This document shows, piece by piece, positions 34,632 through 43,337 of a stretch of 44,468 nucleotides of DNA. The notes below the pieces were generated by a model. That model saw only the letters and a program-made list of their open reading frames with translations. It was not told where the DNA came from and ran no database searches. The DNA lies in contig CAZDZG010000002.1 of the NCBI GenBank assembly GCA_964509845.1, forward strand, positions 1 through 44,468. The letters are read 5' to 3'. This stretch comes from Candidatus Hadarchaeota archaeon (lineage in GTDB: Archaea > Hadarchaeota > Hadarchaeia > Hadarchaeales > WYZ-LMO6). The translations under genes and the position numbers were made by a program. Position 1 is the stretch's first letter; each line of letters opens with the position of its first letter.

Positions 34632-35776
34632 GCCAGCGCCACCTCCAGCAGCTCGCTCAGGTCCCTCACCTCCACCTTCCCCCGGCCGGCATCGCCCAGG
34701 TTACGCTTGCAGAAGGGACAGGTGGAGACCAGGACCTCCGCCCCCGTTCCCCCCGCCTCCTCCAGGCGCCTGGTGGCCGACCAGAGGGCGAAGTCCGGGA
34801 AGGCCGCCTTCACCCCGCTCCCCGCCCCGCAGCACCAGGAGTTCTCCCTGGACCTCCTCATCTCCACGAATCCCTCCCCGTACATCCTCCTCAGGAGCTC
34901 CCGCGGTGGATCATAAACTCCCATCCCCCTCCCCAGGTGGCAGGGATCGTGGTAGGTGACCCTCCTGCCGTCCCCCTTCAGTTCCCTTCCCGAGAGGATC
35001 CGGAGGAAGTACTGGCTGGTGTGGAGGAGCTCCAGCCCCAGCTCCCTCCCGAGCAGCCTGGGGTAGTCCCTGGAGAAGGTTCGGTAGCAGCCGGCGCAGG
35101 AGAAGACCACCGTCCTCGCCCCGGCCCGGTGCAGGACCTCCAGGTTGTGCCTGGCCAGCTCCCTGGCCAGCCTCCTCTGCCCGGTGCGGAGGAGGGGGGA
35201 GCCGCAGCACCACTCCTCCTCCAGCACGGTGAACTCCACCCCGGAGCGCCGCAGCACCTCCGCCGTGGACCTGGCTATCTCCCGCTGGCGGTAGGAGGAG
35301 GTGCAGCCCACGAAGTACACGATCTCCGCCCTCTCCGGGAGCTCCCCTTCCAGCCAGGCAGTTCTTTCCTCGTGCCTCTCCCGGTACGGGTTGTGGTTCC
35401 TCCTGATGCTCTCGGCGTAGGCCTTCTGCTCCGGCAGCGGCCCGTATCCCCGCTCCACCAGCCTGGCCTTCAGCTCCTCGAAGAGCTCCACGTGTTCCAC
35501 CCTGAGCCCCGTCAGATCCTTGCACTGCTGGTGGCAGGCCCCGCACCCCAGGTCGCTGAAGAAGATCTGGAGGGTCCGGGGGGTGGGCCTGAGCTCCCCG
35601 GAGAGGAGGGCCCTGGCCAGCTCCATCTTCCCCGCGGCCGAGAAGGATTCGAAGCCGAAGTAGGCGTAGGTGGGGCAGATCGGGAGCCACTCGTCCAGGG
35701 CGTGCCAGTCGGCGAAGTTGCAGAGGTGGCAGTGAAGACAGTGGTAGAGCTCCCTCAGGAGCCCCTCCACCTTCAT
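34628..35776 (-). CDS. (Fe-S)-binding protein with two CCG domains (HdrD/GlpC/GlcF-like), copy 2
   Basis: CLHCHLC..CP, DLGCGACHQQC, YFVGC, WCCGSP, SCAGC, YHDPCH, WCCGAG, TCPFC. ATGA-coupled to the FAD enzyme. Confidence 0.9.
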   Translation of the reverse strand: MKVEGLLRELYHCLHCHLCNFADWHALDEWLPICPTYAYFGFESFSAAGKMELARALLSGELRPTPRTLQIFFSDLGCGACHQQCKDLTGLRVEHVELFEELKARLVERGYGPLPEQKAYAESIRRNHNPYRERHEERTAWLEGELPERAEIVYFVGCTSSYRQREIARSTAEVLRRSGVEFTVLEEEWCCGSPLLRTGQRRLARELARHNLEVLHRAGARTVVFSCAGCYRTFSRDYPRLLGRELGLELLHTSQYFLRILSGRELKGDGRRVTYHDPCHLGRGMGVYDPPRELLRRMYGEGFVEMRRSRENSWCCGAGSGVKAAFPDFALWSATRRLEEAGGTGAEVLVSTCPFCKRNLGDAGRGKVEVRDLSELLEVALA

Positions 35777-35796
35777 CGACCTCCTTCCCTCCCTTC

Positions 35797-35810
35797 CCTT
35801 AAAAAGTTTT
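35797..35810 (-). promoter_or_regulatory. TATA-like element for the CCG2/FAD2 operon
   Basis: AAAACTTTTTAAG on the minus strand about 22 nt upstream of ATG 35776, followed by RBS GGAGG. Confidence 0.5.
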
Positions 35811-35950
35811 GGCGGGAGAAGGAGTTTTCACGCAAGGGATGGAACCGAGCTTATTTTGTACTTTGAGGAAGATTTCTTCTCCCTTAGAGGCCGGGCCCCG
35901 GTCGCGGGGCGGACCCTCTATCTTTATCGGGGAACGGGGCATTTTCTTCG

Positions 35951-36427
35951 ATGGAGGAGGTAAGGGTTGAGCCCCTCCGTCCCTCCGATGCCCCGGAGAT
36001 AGAGAGGCTTTTCAGGGAGGTCTGGCCCCGGGCCAGGGAGTACCCGGAGGAGTGGAGGAGGAAGAGGACCCTCCCTAGGGAAAAGATTTTAGAGGAGATG
36101 GAGAAGGGAATCTACTATTTCGGGGTAAAAAAGGAGGGGAGGCTGGTGGGAGTGTACAAGGCGGTCCCCCGGGGCGAGGAGGTGTGGGGGGAGCACCAGA
36201 CGGTGGCCCCGGAGTGGAGGGGGAAGGGGCTGGCCCTGGCCATGTACCGGCAGCTGCTGGAGTTCGCCAGGGAGAAGGGATTCAAGAGGGTGGTGGTGAA
36301 CATCCTCCCCCAGCAGGAGGCGAGCCTGAGGTGCGTGCAGAGGCTGGGCTTCAGGAAGAGGGGGGAGCCCTGGGAGCAGTGCAGGGGAATGTGGGTCCAG
36401 ACCTACGAGAAGGAGGTGGAGGGCTGA
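35951..36427 (+). CDS. GNAT family N-acetyltransferase
   Basis: V.PEWRGKGLA acetyl-CoA-binding motif, A...G, S....RLGF. Confidence 0.85.
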   Translation: MEEVRVEPLRPSDAPEIERLFREVWPRAREYPEEWRRKRTLPREKILEEMEKGIYYFGVKKEGRLVGVYKAVPRGEEVWGEHQTVAPEWRGKGLALAMYRQLLEFAREKGFKRVVVNILPQQEASLRCVQRLGFRKRGEPWEQCRGMWVQTYEKEVEG

Positions 36428-36972
36428 GGGGAAAGGGGCTGAAGGATCTCTTCTCCATGCAGGAGGGGGAAGCGGGCTTCCTGGAGGAGCTGAGGGGGGA
36501 GGTGGGGGATCAGGAGCCGGAGGTCTGCTTCCAGTGCATGAGGTGCACCAGCGGGTGCGACGCCTTCAGGTTCCGGCCCTCCTTCAGGCCCCACCAGCTG
36601 GTGGGCTTCGCCAGGCTGGGGCTCAGGGAGAGGATGGTGGGAACGGAGGTGATCTGGAGCTGCACCACCTGCCATTACTGCAGGGAGGTCTGCCCCCAGC
36701 GGGTGGCCCCGGTGGAGGTGGTGAAGGCTGCCAGAAGGGTGGCCGTGAGGGAGGGGAGGACGGTGGAGGGGCACAGGAGGATAGCGGGCTACCTGGTGCA
36801 GACGGGACACCTGGTCCCGGTGAACGACACGGTGAGGGGGCAGAGGGAGAGGCTGGGTCTGCCGGGCAACCCCCCCACCACTCATGCCTTCCCGGAGGCC
36901 CTGGAGGAGGTGAGGAGGCTGGTGGGACGCACGGGCTTCGCGAGGCTGCTGGGGGTGGAGAGGGATGGCTGA
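36424..36972 (+). CDS. hdrC: Heterodisulfide reductase subunit C, copy 1
   Basis: CFQCMRCTSGC, IWSCTTCHYCREVCP, TGH.VP, R..LGLP..PPTTH. Start at CTG 36424 (RBS-backed) or ATG 36457. Confidence 0.9.
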   Translation: MRGKGLKDLFSMQEGEAGFLEELRGEVGDQEPEVCFQCMRCTSGCDAFRFRPSFRPHQLVGFARLGLRERMVGTEVIWSCTTCHYCREVCPQRVAPVEVVKAARRVAVREGRTVEGHRRIAGYLVQTGHLVPVNDTVRGQRERLGLPGNPPTTHAFPEALEEVRRLVGRTGFARLLGVERDG

Positions 36973-37846
36973 GTATGCCTTCTACCTGGGGTGCATCACC
37001 CCCAACCGGTACCCGGGGATAGAGGCGGCCACCAGGAAGGTTTTTTCCAGGCTGGGGATGGAGCTGAGGGACCTGGAGGGGGCCTCCTGCTGCCCCGCCC
37101 CCGGGGTGGTGGGCTCCTTCGATGCCCTCACCTGGCTCGTGCTGGGGGCCCGCAACCTCTCGCTGGCCGAGGAGAGGGGGCTGGACGTGCTGACGGTATG
37201 CAACGGCTGCTTCGAGACCCTCTTCGAGGTGAACAGGCTGCTGAGGGAGGATGCGGGGCTCAGGGAGAGGGTCAACGGCCTCCTGGCGGAGGTGGGGAGG
37301 AGGTACCTGGGAAGGGTGGAGGTCCATCACTTCACCAAGGTGCTGCACGACTACGGGGTGGAGGAGCTGAGGAGGAGGGTGGTGAGGCCCCTGCCCCTGA
37401 GGGTGGCGGTGCACTACGGCTGTCACCTGCTTCGCCCCTCGGAGAAGAAGGGACTGGACAATCCGCTGGCCCCAAGGCTGGTGGACGAGCTGGTGGAGGC
37501 GCTGGGGTGCGAGAGCGTGGACTACCCCAGCAAGCTCATGTGCTGCGGGGCGGGGGGAGGGGTGAGATCGGCCTTCCTGAAGTACTCGCTGGAGTTCACC
37601 CGGAAGAAACTCCGGGAGCTCGGGGAGAGGGGGGTGGACTGTCTGGTGGACGTGTGCTCCTTCTGCCACCTCCAGTTCGACAGGGGACAGAGAGAGATAG
37701 AGGAGCTCTTCGGGGAGACCTTCGGGATGCCGGTGGTGCACTATTCCCAGCTCCTGGGTCTGGCCCTGGGCTTCTCCCCCTCGGAGCTCGGCTTTGACCT
37801 CCACGCCGTTTCCTGCGAGCCCCTCCTGAAGAAGCTGGGTTTCTAG
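36965..37846 (+). CDS. hdrB: Heterodisulfide reductase subunit B, copy 1 (canonical motifs)
   Basis: YLGC..P.RYPGIE, ASCCPAPGV, ARNL, CNGC, HYGCH.L.P, CCGAGGGVRS, CSFCHLQFDRGQ. Confidence 0.95.
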   Translation: MAEYAFYLGCITPNRYPGIEAATRKVFSRLGMELRDLEGASCCPAPGVVGSFDALTWLVLGARNLSLAEERGLDVLTVCNGCFETLFEVNRLLREDAGLRERVNGLLAEVGRRYLGRVEVHHFTKVLHDYGVEELRRRVVRPLPLRVAVHYGCHLLRPSEKKGLDNPLAPRLVDELVEALGCESVDYPSKLMCCGAGGGVRSAFLKYSLEFTRKKLRELGERGVDCLVDVCSFCHLQFDRGQREIEELFGETFGMPVVHYSQLLGLALGFSPSELGFDLHAVSCEPLLKKLGF

Positions 37847-37881
37847 AAAAATTTTTAGAGAGGGGAGGGGGGAGGGGAAAG

Positions 37882-39075
37882 ATGCGAAGGGTAGCGGTGG
37901 TGGGGATAGGGCACACCAAGTTCGGGAAGTGGGAGAACCGGACGGCGGTGGAGCTCTTCGCCGAGGCCGCCACCCAGGCCATGCAGGATGCCGGAGTGGA
38001 GGGAAAGGAGATAGAGGCCCTCTTCGTGGGCTCGGCCCTGGGAGACTTTGGGGAGGGACAGGCCATGATTCAGACCCAATGCCGGGCGGAGCTGGGGCTG
38101 GGGCTCATCCCCTCCACCAGGTTAGAGGGTGCCTGCGCCTCCTCCACCGTGGCGATCAGGAATGCGTACCTGTGGGTGGCCTCGGGGGAGTGCGATGTGG
38201 TGCTGGCGGGGGGGACGGAGAGGGTGCTTCCCATGGGCACGCCGCTGGCCACCAGGACCTTCGCCATGGCCATGCATGCTTACTACGAGGTCCCCGCGGG
38301 CCTGACCTTCCCAGGGGTCTTCGCCCTGGTGGCCAGGCTTTACTCCAGGGTCTACGGAATACCGCTGGAGAGGCTGAGGGAGCAGATGGCCCACGTGTCG
38401 ATCCAGAACCACAGGCACGGGGCCAGGAACCCCCTGGCCCAGTTCTACGGGAAGTACGAGAACCTGAAGGTGGAGGACGTGCTGAACTCCAGGATGGTCT
38501 GCGATCCCCTCACCCTCCTGGACTGCTGCCCCTTCACGGACGGCGCCGCCGCCGTCGTGCTGTGCGCCGAGGAGAAGGCCAGAAAGTACACCGATACCCC
38601 CATCTACATCCTGGGGACGGGGCAGGGCACGGGAGGGCCGATGGGACTCTTTGAGGAGGAGCTGGTGAAGCCCCCCTCCCGGGTGGCCTCGGCCAGGATG
38701 GCCTTCAAGAAGGCCGGCCTGGAGCCCAAGGACATCCAGGTGCTGGAGCTGCACGACTGCTTCACCTCGGCGGAGCTCGTGGCCCTGGAGGCCATGGGCT
38801 TCTTCCCGGAGGGGAAGGCTGGCGAGGCGGTGGAAGACGGGCAGACCGAGATAGGGGGCAAGATCCCCACCAACATGTCCGGGGGGCTGATAGGGAAGGG
38901 ACATCCCATCGGGGCCACCGGGGCCTCGCAGGTCTGCATGATCGTCCAGCAGATGAGGGGGGAGGCGCCCAAGGGGAACCAGGTGGATCCCGTTCCCGAG
39001 TTCGGGATGGTGGACACCATGGGAGGAGCCTACGGCACCCTCTGCCACCTCATCCTGGGGAGGGTGAAAGGGTGA
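37882..39075 (+). CDS. Thiolase (archaeal/SCP2-type acetyl-CoA acyltransferase)
   Basis: EGACASS (active Cys), NP.AQ, DCCP..DGAAA, ELHDCF, GGL..KGHPIGATG. Confidence 0.92.
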   Translation: MRRVAVVGIGHTKFGKWENRTAVELFAEAATQAMQDAGVEGKEIEALFVGSALGDFGEGQAMIQTQCRAELGLGLIPSTRLEGACASSTVAIRNAYLWVASGECDVVLAGGTERVLPMGTPLATRTFAMAMHAYYEVPAGLTFPGVFALVARLYSRVYGIPLERLREQMAHVSIQNHRHGARNPLAQFYGKYENLKVEDVLNSRMVCDPLTLLDCCPFTDGAAAVVLCAEEKARKYTDTPIYILGTGQGTGGPMGLFEEELVKPPSRVASARMAFKKAGLEPKDIQVLELHDCFTSAELVALEAMGFFPEGKAGEAVEDGQTEIGGKIPTNMSGGLIGKGHPIGATGASQVCMIVQQMRGEAPKGNQVDPVPEFGMVDTMGGAYGTLCHLILGRVKG

Positions 39076-39470
39076 GCAAGGCCCTGTGGACGGCGGAGTA
39101 CGAGGAGGAGCTGAGGAAGGGAAGGCTGCTGGGGGTGAGGTGCAGGAAGTGCGGGACCGTCACCTGCCCCCCTCTGGCCACCTGTAGGAAGTGCGGGGGG
39201 AGGGAGCTGGAGAGGGTGGAGCTGAGCGGGAGGGGGGAGCTCATGACCTTCACCGTGGTGAGGGTCCCGCCCGAGGGCATGGAGGGACCCTATGCCGTGG
39301 GCCTGATCAGGACGGACGAGGGGCCCTGGGTGATGGGGAGGCTGGAGCTCCCGGAGGGGGCGGGGCAGGAAATGCTGGGGAAGAGGTTCAGGCTGGCGGG
39401 GGTCTTCGTCTGGTCCGACAAGTACTCCGCGGGGGAGAGGGTGGCTCCCGTCTTCAGGCCGGAGCCCTGA
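39072..39470 (+). CDS. DUF35 Zn-ribbon + OB-fold protein (thiolase partner)
   Basis: C..CG....PP...C..CG, G.L.TFTVV, PY.VG. GTGA-coupled to the thiolase. Confidence 0.9.
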   Translation: MSKALWTAEYEEELRKGRLLGVRCRKCGTVTCPPLATCRKCGGRELERVELSGRGELMTFTVVRVPPEGMEGPYAVGLIRTDEGPWVMGRLELPEGAGQEMLGKRFRLAGVFVWSDKYSAGERVAPVFRPEP

Positions 39471-39517
39471 CTGCGATAAGGTTAAATAGGGTTTGAGAGT
39501 AGTAGGTCGGTTCAAAA

Positions 39518-40042
39518 ATGGTGGGGATAACCGACCAGCTGAGAGCCACCAAACCCCAGCCCGAGCTGGTTGACAGGTTCTACGGGGCGGTGGAGAAGTT
39601 CAGGCTGGAGAATCCCTTCCACTGCTTCCAGTGCTTCAAGTGCACCAGCGGCTGCACCTCCTTCAGGCTCACGGAGATCATGCCCCACGCCTTCGTGAAC
39701 TTCGTGAGGCTGGGCTTCGTGGAGGACATGATGAGGTCGGAGCTCCTCTGGGCCTGCTGCCAGTGCCTGAAGTGCAAGGAGAGGTGCCCGCAGGACGTGG
39801 CCCCCGTGGACGTGATCTTCCTCCTGAGGAGGATGACGGTGAGCTCGGGCTCGGAGATCCCCGAGGACCTCTCCAAGATCATCATGAACGTGACCGAGAC
39901 GGGCTTCATCCAGGGGATCCAGACGGTGAAGGTGGGGGAGGGCTCCCTGGACAGGGAGAAGCTCGGCCTCCCCCCGCTGGAGATCCCGGACCTCGACAGG
40001 TTCAGGTCCGTCCTCATGAAGGCCATGGAGGAGACGGAATGA
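39518..40042 (+). CDS. hdrC: Heterodisulfide reductase subunit C-like, copy 2
   Basis: CFQCFKCTSGC, LWACCQCLKCKERCPQ, RE.LGLP. Upstream TTAAATA element. Confidence 0.85.
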   Translation: MVGITDQLRATKPQPELVDRFYGAVEKFRLENPFHCFQCFKCTSGCTSFRLTEIMPHAFVNFVRLGFVEDMMRSELLWACCQCLKCKERCPQDVAPVDVIFLLRRMTVSSGSEIPEDLSKIIMNVTETGFIQGIQTVKVGEGSLDREKLGLPPLEIPDLDRFRSVLMKAMEETE

Positions 40043-40908
40043 GGGTGGCGATCTTCCCCGGCTGCGTGGCGGCCACGGAACAGTACGCCTGCGAGCTCTC
40101 CTTCCGGGAGGTGCTGAGGGAGCTGGGGGTGGAGGTGGTGGAGGTCCGGGGCTTCTCCTGCTGCGGCTGGCCCCTGCAGAACGTGGGGACGGTGAGCTGG
40201 GTTTACCTGGCGGCCCGCAACCTGGCCCTGGCGGCGGAGCAGGGGGTCCCGCTGGTCACCCTGTGCAACGTTTGCAACCGCCTCTTCTACGAGGCCAGGG
40301 CCCTGCTGGCCGGGAGCGCCGAGCTGAGGGAGAAGGTTTCTTCCCTCCTGAGGGAGGAGGGGAGGGGGCAGCCCGATGGGGTGGAGATCCTTCACCCGCT
40401 GGAGCTCTTCCACGACAGGATAGGGGTGGAGGAGATAAGGAAGAGGGTGAGGAAGCCCCTGAAGGGGCTGAAGCTGGCCGCCCACACCGGATGCCAGGCC
40501 ATCAGGCCCAGGAAGCTCAGGAGCATAGACGACCCCGAGCACCCGCAGAAACTCGTGAGGCTGGTGGAGGCCCTGGGGGCCCAGAGCCCCCACTACCCGG
40601 AGGCCCTGGACTGCTGCGGGGCCTACCTCTTCTACACCAGGAAGGACGCCTCCCTAACCCTGGCCGGGGAGAAGGTGGAGGCCGTTCAGAACTGGGGATA
40701 CGACGGGCTGGTGACCGTGTGCTCCAGCGGGCACAGGATGCTGGACGGGAGGCAGGACGCCGCGGCCACCACCATCGGGAAGCCCCTGAGCCTCCCCGTG
40801 GTCTACTACACCCAGCTCCTGGGCCTGGCCCTGGGCCTGGAGCCGGAGAGGCTCGGTCTCCAGCTCAACCGAAGTCCCGTGCGGAAGCTTCTGGAGAAGC
40901 TGGGCTGA
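40039..40908 (+). CDS. hdrB: Heterodisulfide reductase subunit B-like, copy 2 (divergent)
   Basis: FPGC, SCCG, ARNLA.A, CNVC, HTGCQ.IRP, CCG, CSSGH (Cys missing), YYTQLLGLALG. Confidence 0.82.
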   Translation: MRVAIFPGCVAATEQYACELSFREVLRELGVEVVEVRGFSCCGWPLQNVGTVSWVYLAARNLALAAEQGVPLVTLCNVCNRLFYEARALLAGSAELREKVSSLLREEGRGQPDGVEILHPLELFHDRIGVEEIRKRVRKPLKGLKLAAHTGCQAIRPRKLRSIDDPEHPQKLVRLVEALGAQSPHYPEALDCCGAYLFYTRKDASLTLAGEKVEAVQNWGYDGLVTVCSSGHRMLDGRQDAAATTIGKPLSLPVVYYTQLLGLALGLEPERLGLQLNRSPVRKLLEKLG

Positions 40909-40921
40909 GCGGGGGAGGACC

Positions 40922-42394
40922 ACGGACCCGCGGGAGCTGGACGGTCTCTTCTGCCCCAGGAGCGTGGCCCTGGTGGGGGCCTCCTCCGATCCCTCCTCAG
41001 GGGGATACGCCTATGCGGCTCACCTCCTTCAGGACTTCAAGGGGAGGTTCTACTTCGTGAATCCCAGGACGAAGGAGGTGCTGGGGGTCAGGACCTACCC
41101 CAGCCTCCTCGACGTCCCGGGGGAGGTGGACTACGTGATATGCTGCCTCCCCGCCGGGCGGGTTCTCCCCCTGCTGGAGGAGTGCAGGCAGAAGGGCGTG
41201 AAGCTCATCCACCTCTTCACGGCCAGGATGGCGGAGACGGGGAAGGAGGAGGGGGAGAGACTGGAGAGGGAGGTGGTGGAGGGGGCCAGGAGGCTGGGCC
41301 TCAGGGTGCTTGGACCCAACTGCATGGGTCTGTACAATCCGGAGGTGGGCCTGACCTATGGCTACCACTTCCCCCTGGAGCCCGGCCCGGTGGGGGGGAT
41401 CTTCCAGAGCGGGGGCCTCTCCACCGACTTCGTGCACTACGGCTCCCTCAGGGGGCTGAGGTTCAGCAGGGTGGTGAGCTATGGGAACGGAAGGGACTTG
41501 GACGAGGCGGAGCTCCTCCGGTACTTCGGCTGGCACCCCTCCACCCGGGTGGTGGCCATGTACGTGGAGGGGGTGAGGGACGGGAGGAGGTTCGCGGAGG
41601 CCCTGAGGGAGGTGGCGGCCAGGAAGCCCGTGGTGGTGCTGAAGGGGGGAAGGGGGAGGACGGGGGAGAGGGCCGTCCGCTCCCACACCGCCTCCGTGGC
41701 GGGGAGAAGGGAGGTCTGGAGGGGGGTGCTCAGGTGGGCGGGGGCCGTGGAGGTGGAGACCTTCGAGGAGCTCCTGGATCAGGTCGTGGCCTTCACCTTC
41801 CTTCCCCCCTGCGCCGGAAGGAGGGTGGCGGTCCTGGGGGGAGGAGGGGGAAAGAGCGTCCTCTCGGCCGACGTGTGGGAGGAGGAGGGGTTCGAGCTCC
41901 CCGACCTTTCCCCCTCCCTCAGGGAAAGGCTCAGGGAGAGGTGCCCTGGCGAGTGGGACTGGGTGGGGAATCCCGTGGATTTCTCCATCCTGCAGGAGCG
42001 CCCCATGATGCCGGAGGAGTGGCTGGAGCTCATGGAGGAAAGCGGGGACTTCGATTTTTTCGTCTTCAACCTCACCGAGGACGATCCCCTTCCCGGGGAG
42101 GTGTGGAGGTTCTGGATGGAGGAGCAGGTCAACGGTCTCCTCAGGTTCAGGGGCAGGGGGAGGCCCCTGCTGGCGGTGGTCCCCTCCGCCGGGCTGGACG
42201 CAGGGAAGCTCTCGGAGTGGAGGTGGGGGGACATAGGGGAGCTCAGGAGGAGGATGGTGGAGGGGGGAGTACCGGTCTTCCCCTCCCCCGAGAGGGCGGC
42301 CAGGGCCCTGAGGAGGTTCGTGGATTACTGGGAGAGGAGGTTCAGACGGGAAACCGCTTGGGTCAGGCCCCCTTCCTGCTCTTCAGGTAGTTGA
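40922..42394 (+). CDS. ADP-forming acyl-CoA synthetase (ACD) alpha-subunit family, copy 2
   Basis: LDGLF.PRSVALVGAS, VNP, GPNCMG, QSGG, SYGN..D, SHTASVAG, NPVD. The conserved N-terminus needs a start upstream of GTG 40964; ACG 40922 follows GGAGG. Confidence 0.85.
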   Translation, partial: TDPRELDGLFCPRSVALVGASSDPSSGGYAYAAHLLQDFKGRFYFVNPRTKEVLGVRTYPSLLDVPGEVDYVICCLPAGRVLPLLEECRQKGVKLIHLFTARMAETGKEEGERLEREVVEGARRLGLRVLGPNCMGLYNPEVGLTYGYHFPLEPGPVGGIFQSGGLSTDFVHYGSLRGLRFSRVVSYGNGRDLDEAELLRYFGWHPSTRVVAMYVEGVRDGRRFAEALREVAARKPVVVLKGGRGRTGERAVRSHTASVAGRREVWRGVLRWAGAVEVETFEELLDQVVAFTFLPPCAGRRVAVLGGGGGKSVLSADVWEEEGFELPDLSPSLRERLRERCPGEWDWVGNPVDFSILQERPMMPEEWLELMEESGDFDFFVFNLTEDDPLPGEVWRFWMEEQVNGLLRFRGRGRPLLAVVPSAGLDAGKLSEWRWGDIGELRRRMVEGGVPVFPSPERAARALRRFVDYWERRFRRETAWVRPPSCSSGS

Positions 42395-43337
42395 TGAGGG
42401 CGGGAAGCACCTGGTAAAGGTCCCCCACGATTCCGTAGTCCGCCACCTTGAAGATGGGGGCGTCGGGGTCCTTGTTGATGGCCACGATGAGCTTGGAGTC
42501 CCTCATCCCCGCCAGGTGCTGGACCTGGCCCGAGATGCCCACGGCCATGTACATCTTGGGCTTCACCTTGTGCCCCGAGAGCCCCACCCAGTGATCCTCC
42601 GGCAGCCACTTCAGGTCGGCGGCTATGGGTCTGGAGCATCCCAGCGTGGCCCCTATCAGGCTCGCCAGCTCCTCCAGCAGCTTCAGGTCCTCCTTCTTCC
42701 TGAAGCCCCTGCCGCAGGAGGTGATGAGCTCCGCATCCTCTATCCTTATTCCCTTCACCTCCTTCGCTTTCAGCTCCAGGACCTTCTTCTCCACCGGCGG
42801 GATCTCGACCTTCACCTCCACCACCTCCCCCTTCCTGGACTCGTCCTTCGGGGGCTTCTCGAAGGTCCTGGGGGGAACGGTGGCGATCTGGGGCTTCGTC
42901 TTGGAGAACTCGGTGGCCACCACCATGGCGGAGATGGCAGGGCGCTCCGCCACCAGGATCCCCTTCTCCTTGTCTATCCTGAGGTTGGTGGCCCCGGCCG
43001 CGCATCCGGCGTTGAGCCTGGTGGCCAGCCTCGGGGCGGTCTCCCTCCCCCTCTTGGTGCCCCCTATCAGCAGGACCTCGGGCTTCGCCTCCTCCACCAC
43101 CCTGAGGAGGGCCTCGGTGTAGGTCTCCGGGAAGAAGGTGGAGAGGGAGGGGTGGTCCACCACGTAGACCACGTCGGCCCCGTAGGAGATGAGCTCTCCT
43201 TCCTTGCCCTTCACCCCGCTCCCCAGGAGGGCGGCGGCGAGCTTGGTCCCGAGGTCGTTGGCCAGCTCCCTCCCCTTGCCCAGGAGTTCCGCCGTTACCT
43301 CCAGGTTCTCGGAGAAGACCAGGACGGTCATCCTCAC
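42363..43337 (-). CDS. etfA: Electron transfer flavoprotein subunit alpha (FixB/EtfA)
   Basis: I.DA..I...GRG, LA..IGA.LGCSRP, VGLSG..VKP..Y.A.GISG..QH.AG, AINKD..APIF...DYGIVGD. Confidence 0.95.
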   Translation of the reverse strand: MRMTVLVFSENLEVTAELLGKGRELANDLGTKLAAALLGSGVKGKEGELISYGADVVYVVDHPSLSTFFPETYTEALLRVVEEAKPEVLLIGGTKRGRETAPRLATRLNAGCAAGATNLRIDKEKGILVAERPAISAMVVATEFSKTKPQIATVPPRTFEKPPKDESRKGEVVEVKVEIPPVEKKVLELKAKEVKGIRIEDAELITSCGRGFRKKEDLKLLEELASLIGATLGCSRPIAADLKWLPEDHWVGLSGHKVKPKMYMAVGISGQVQHLAGMRDSKLIVAINKDPDAPIFKVADYGIVGDLYQVLPALINYLKSRKGA

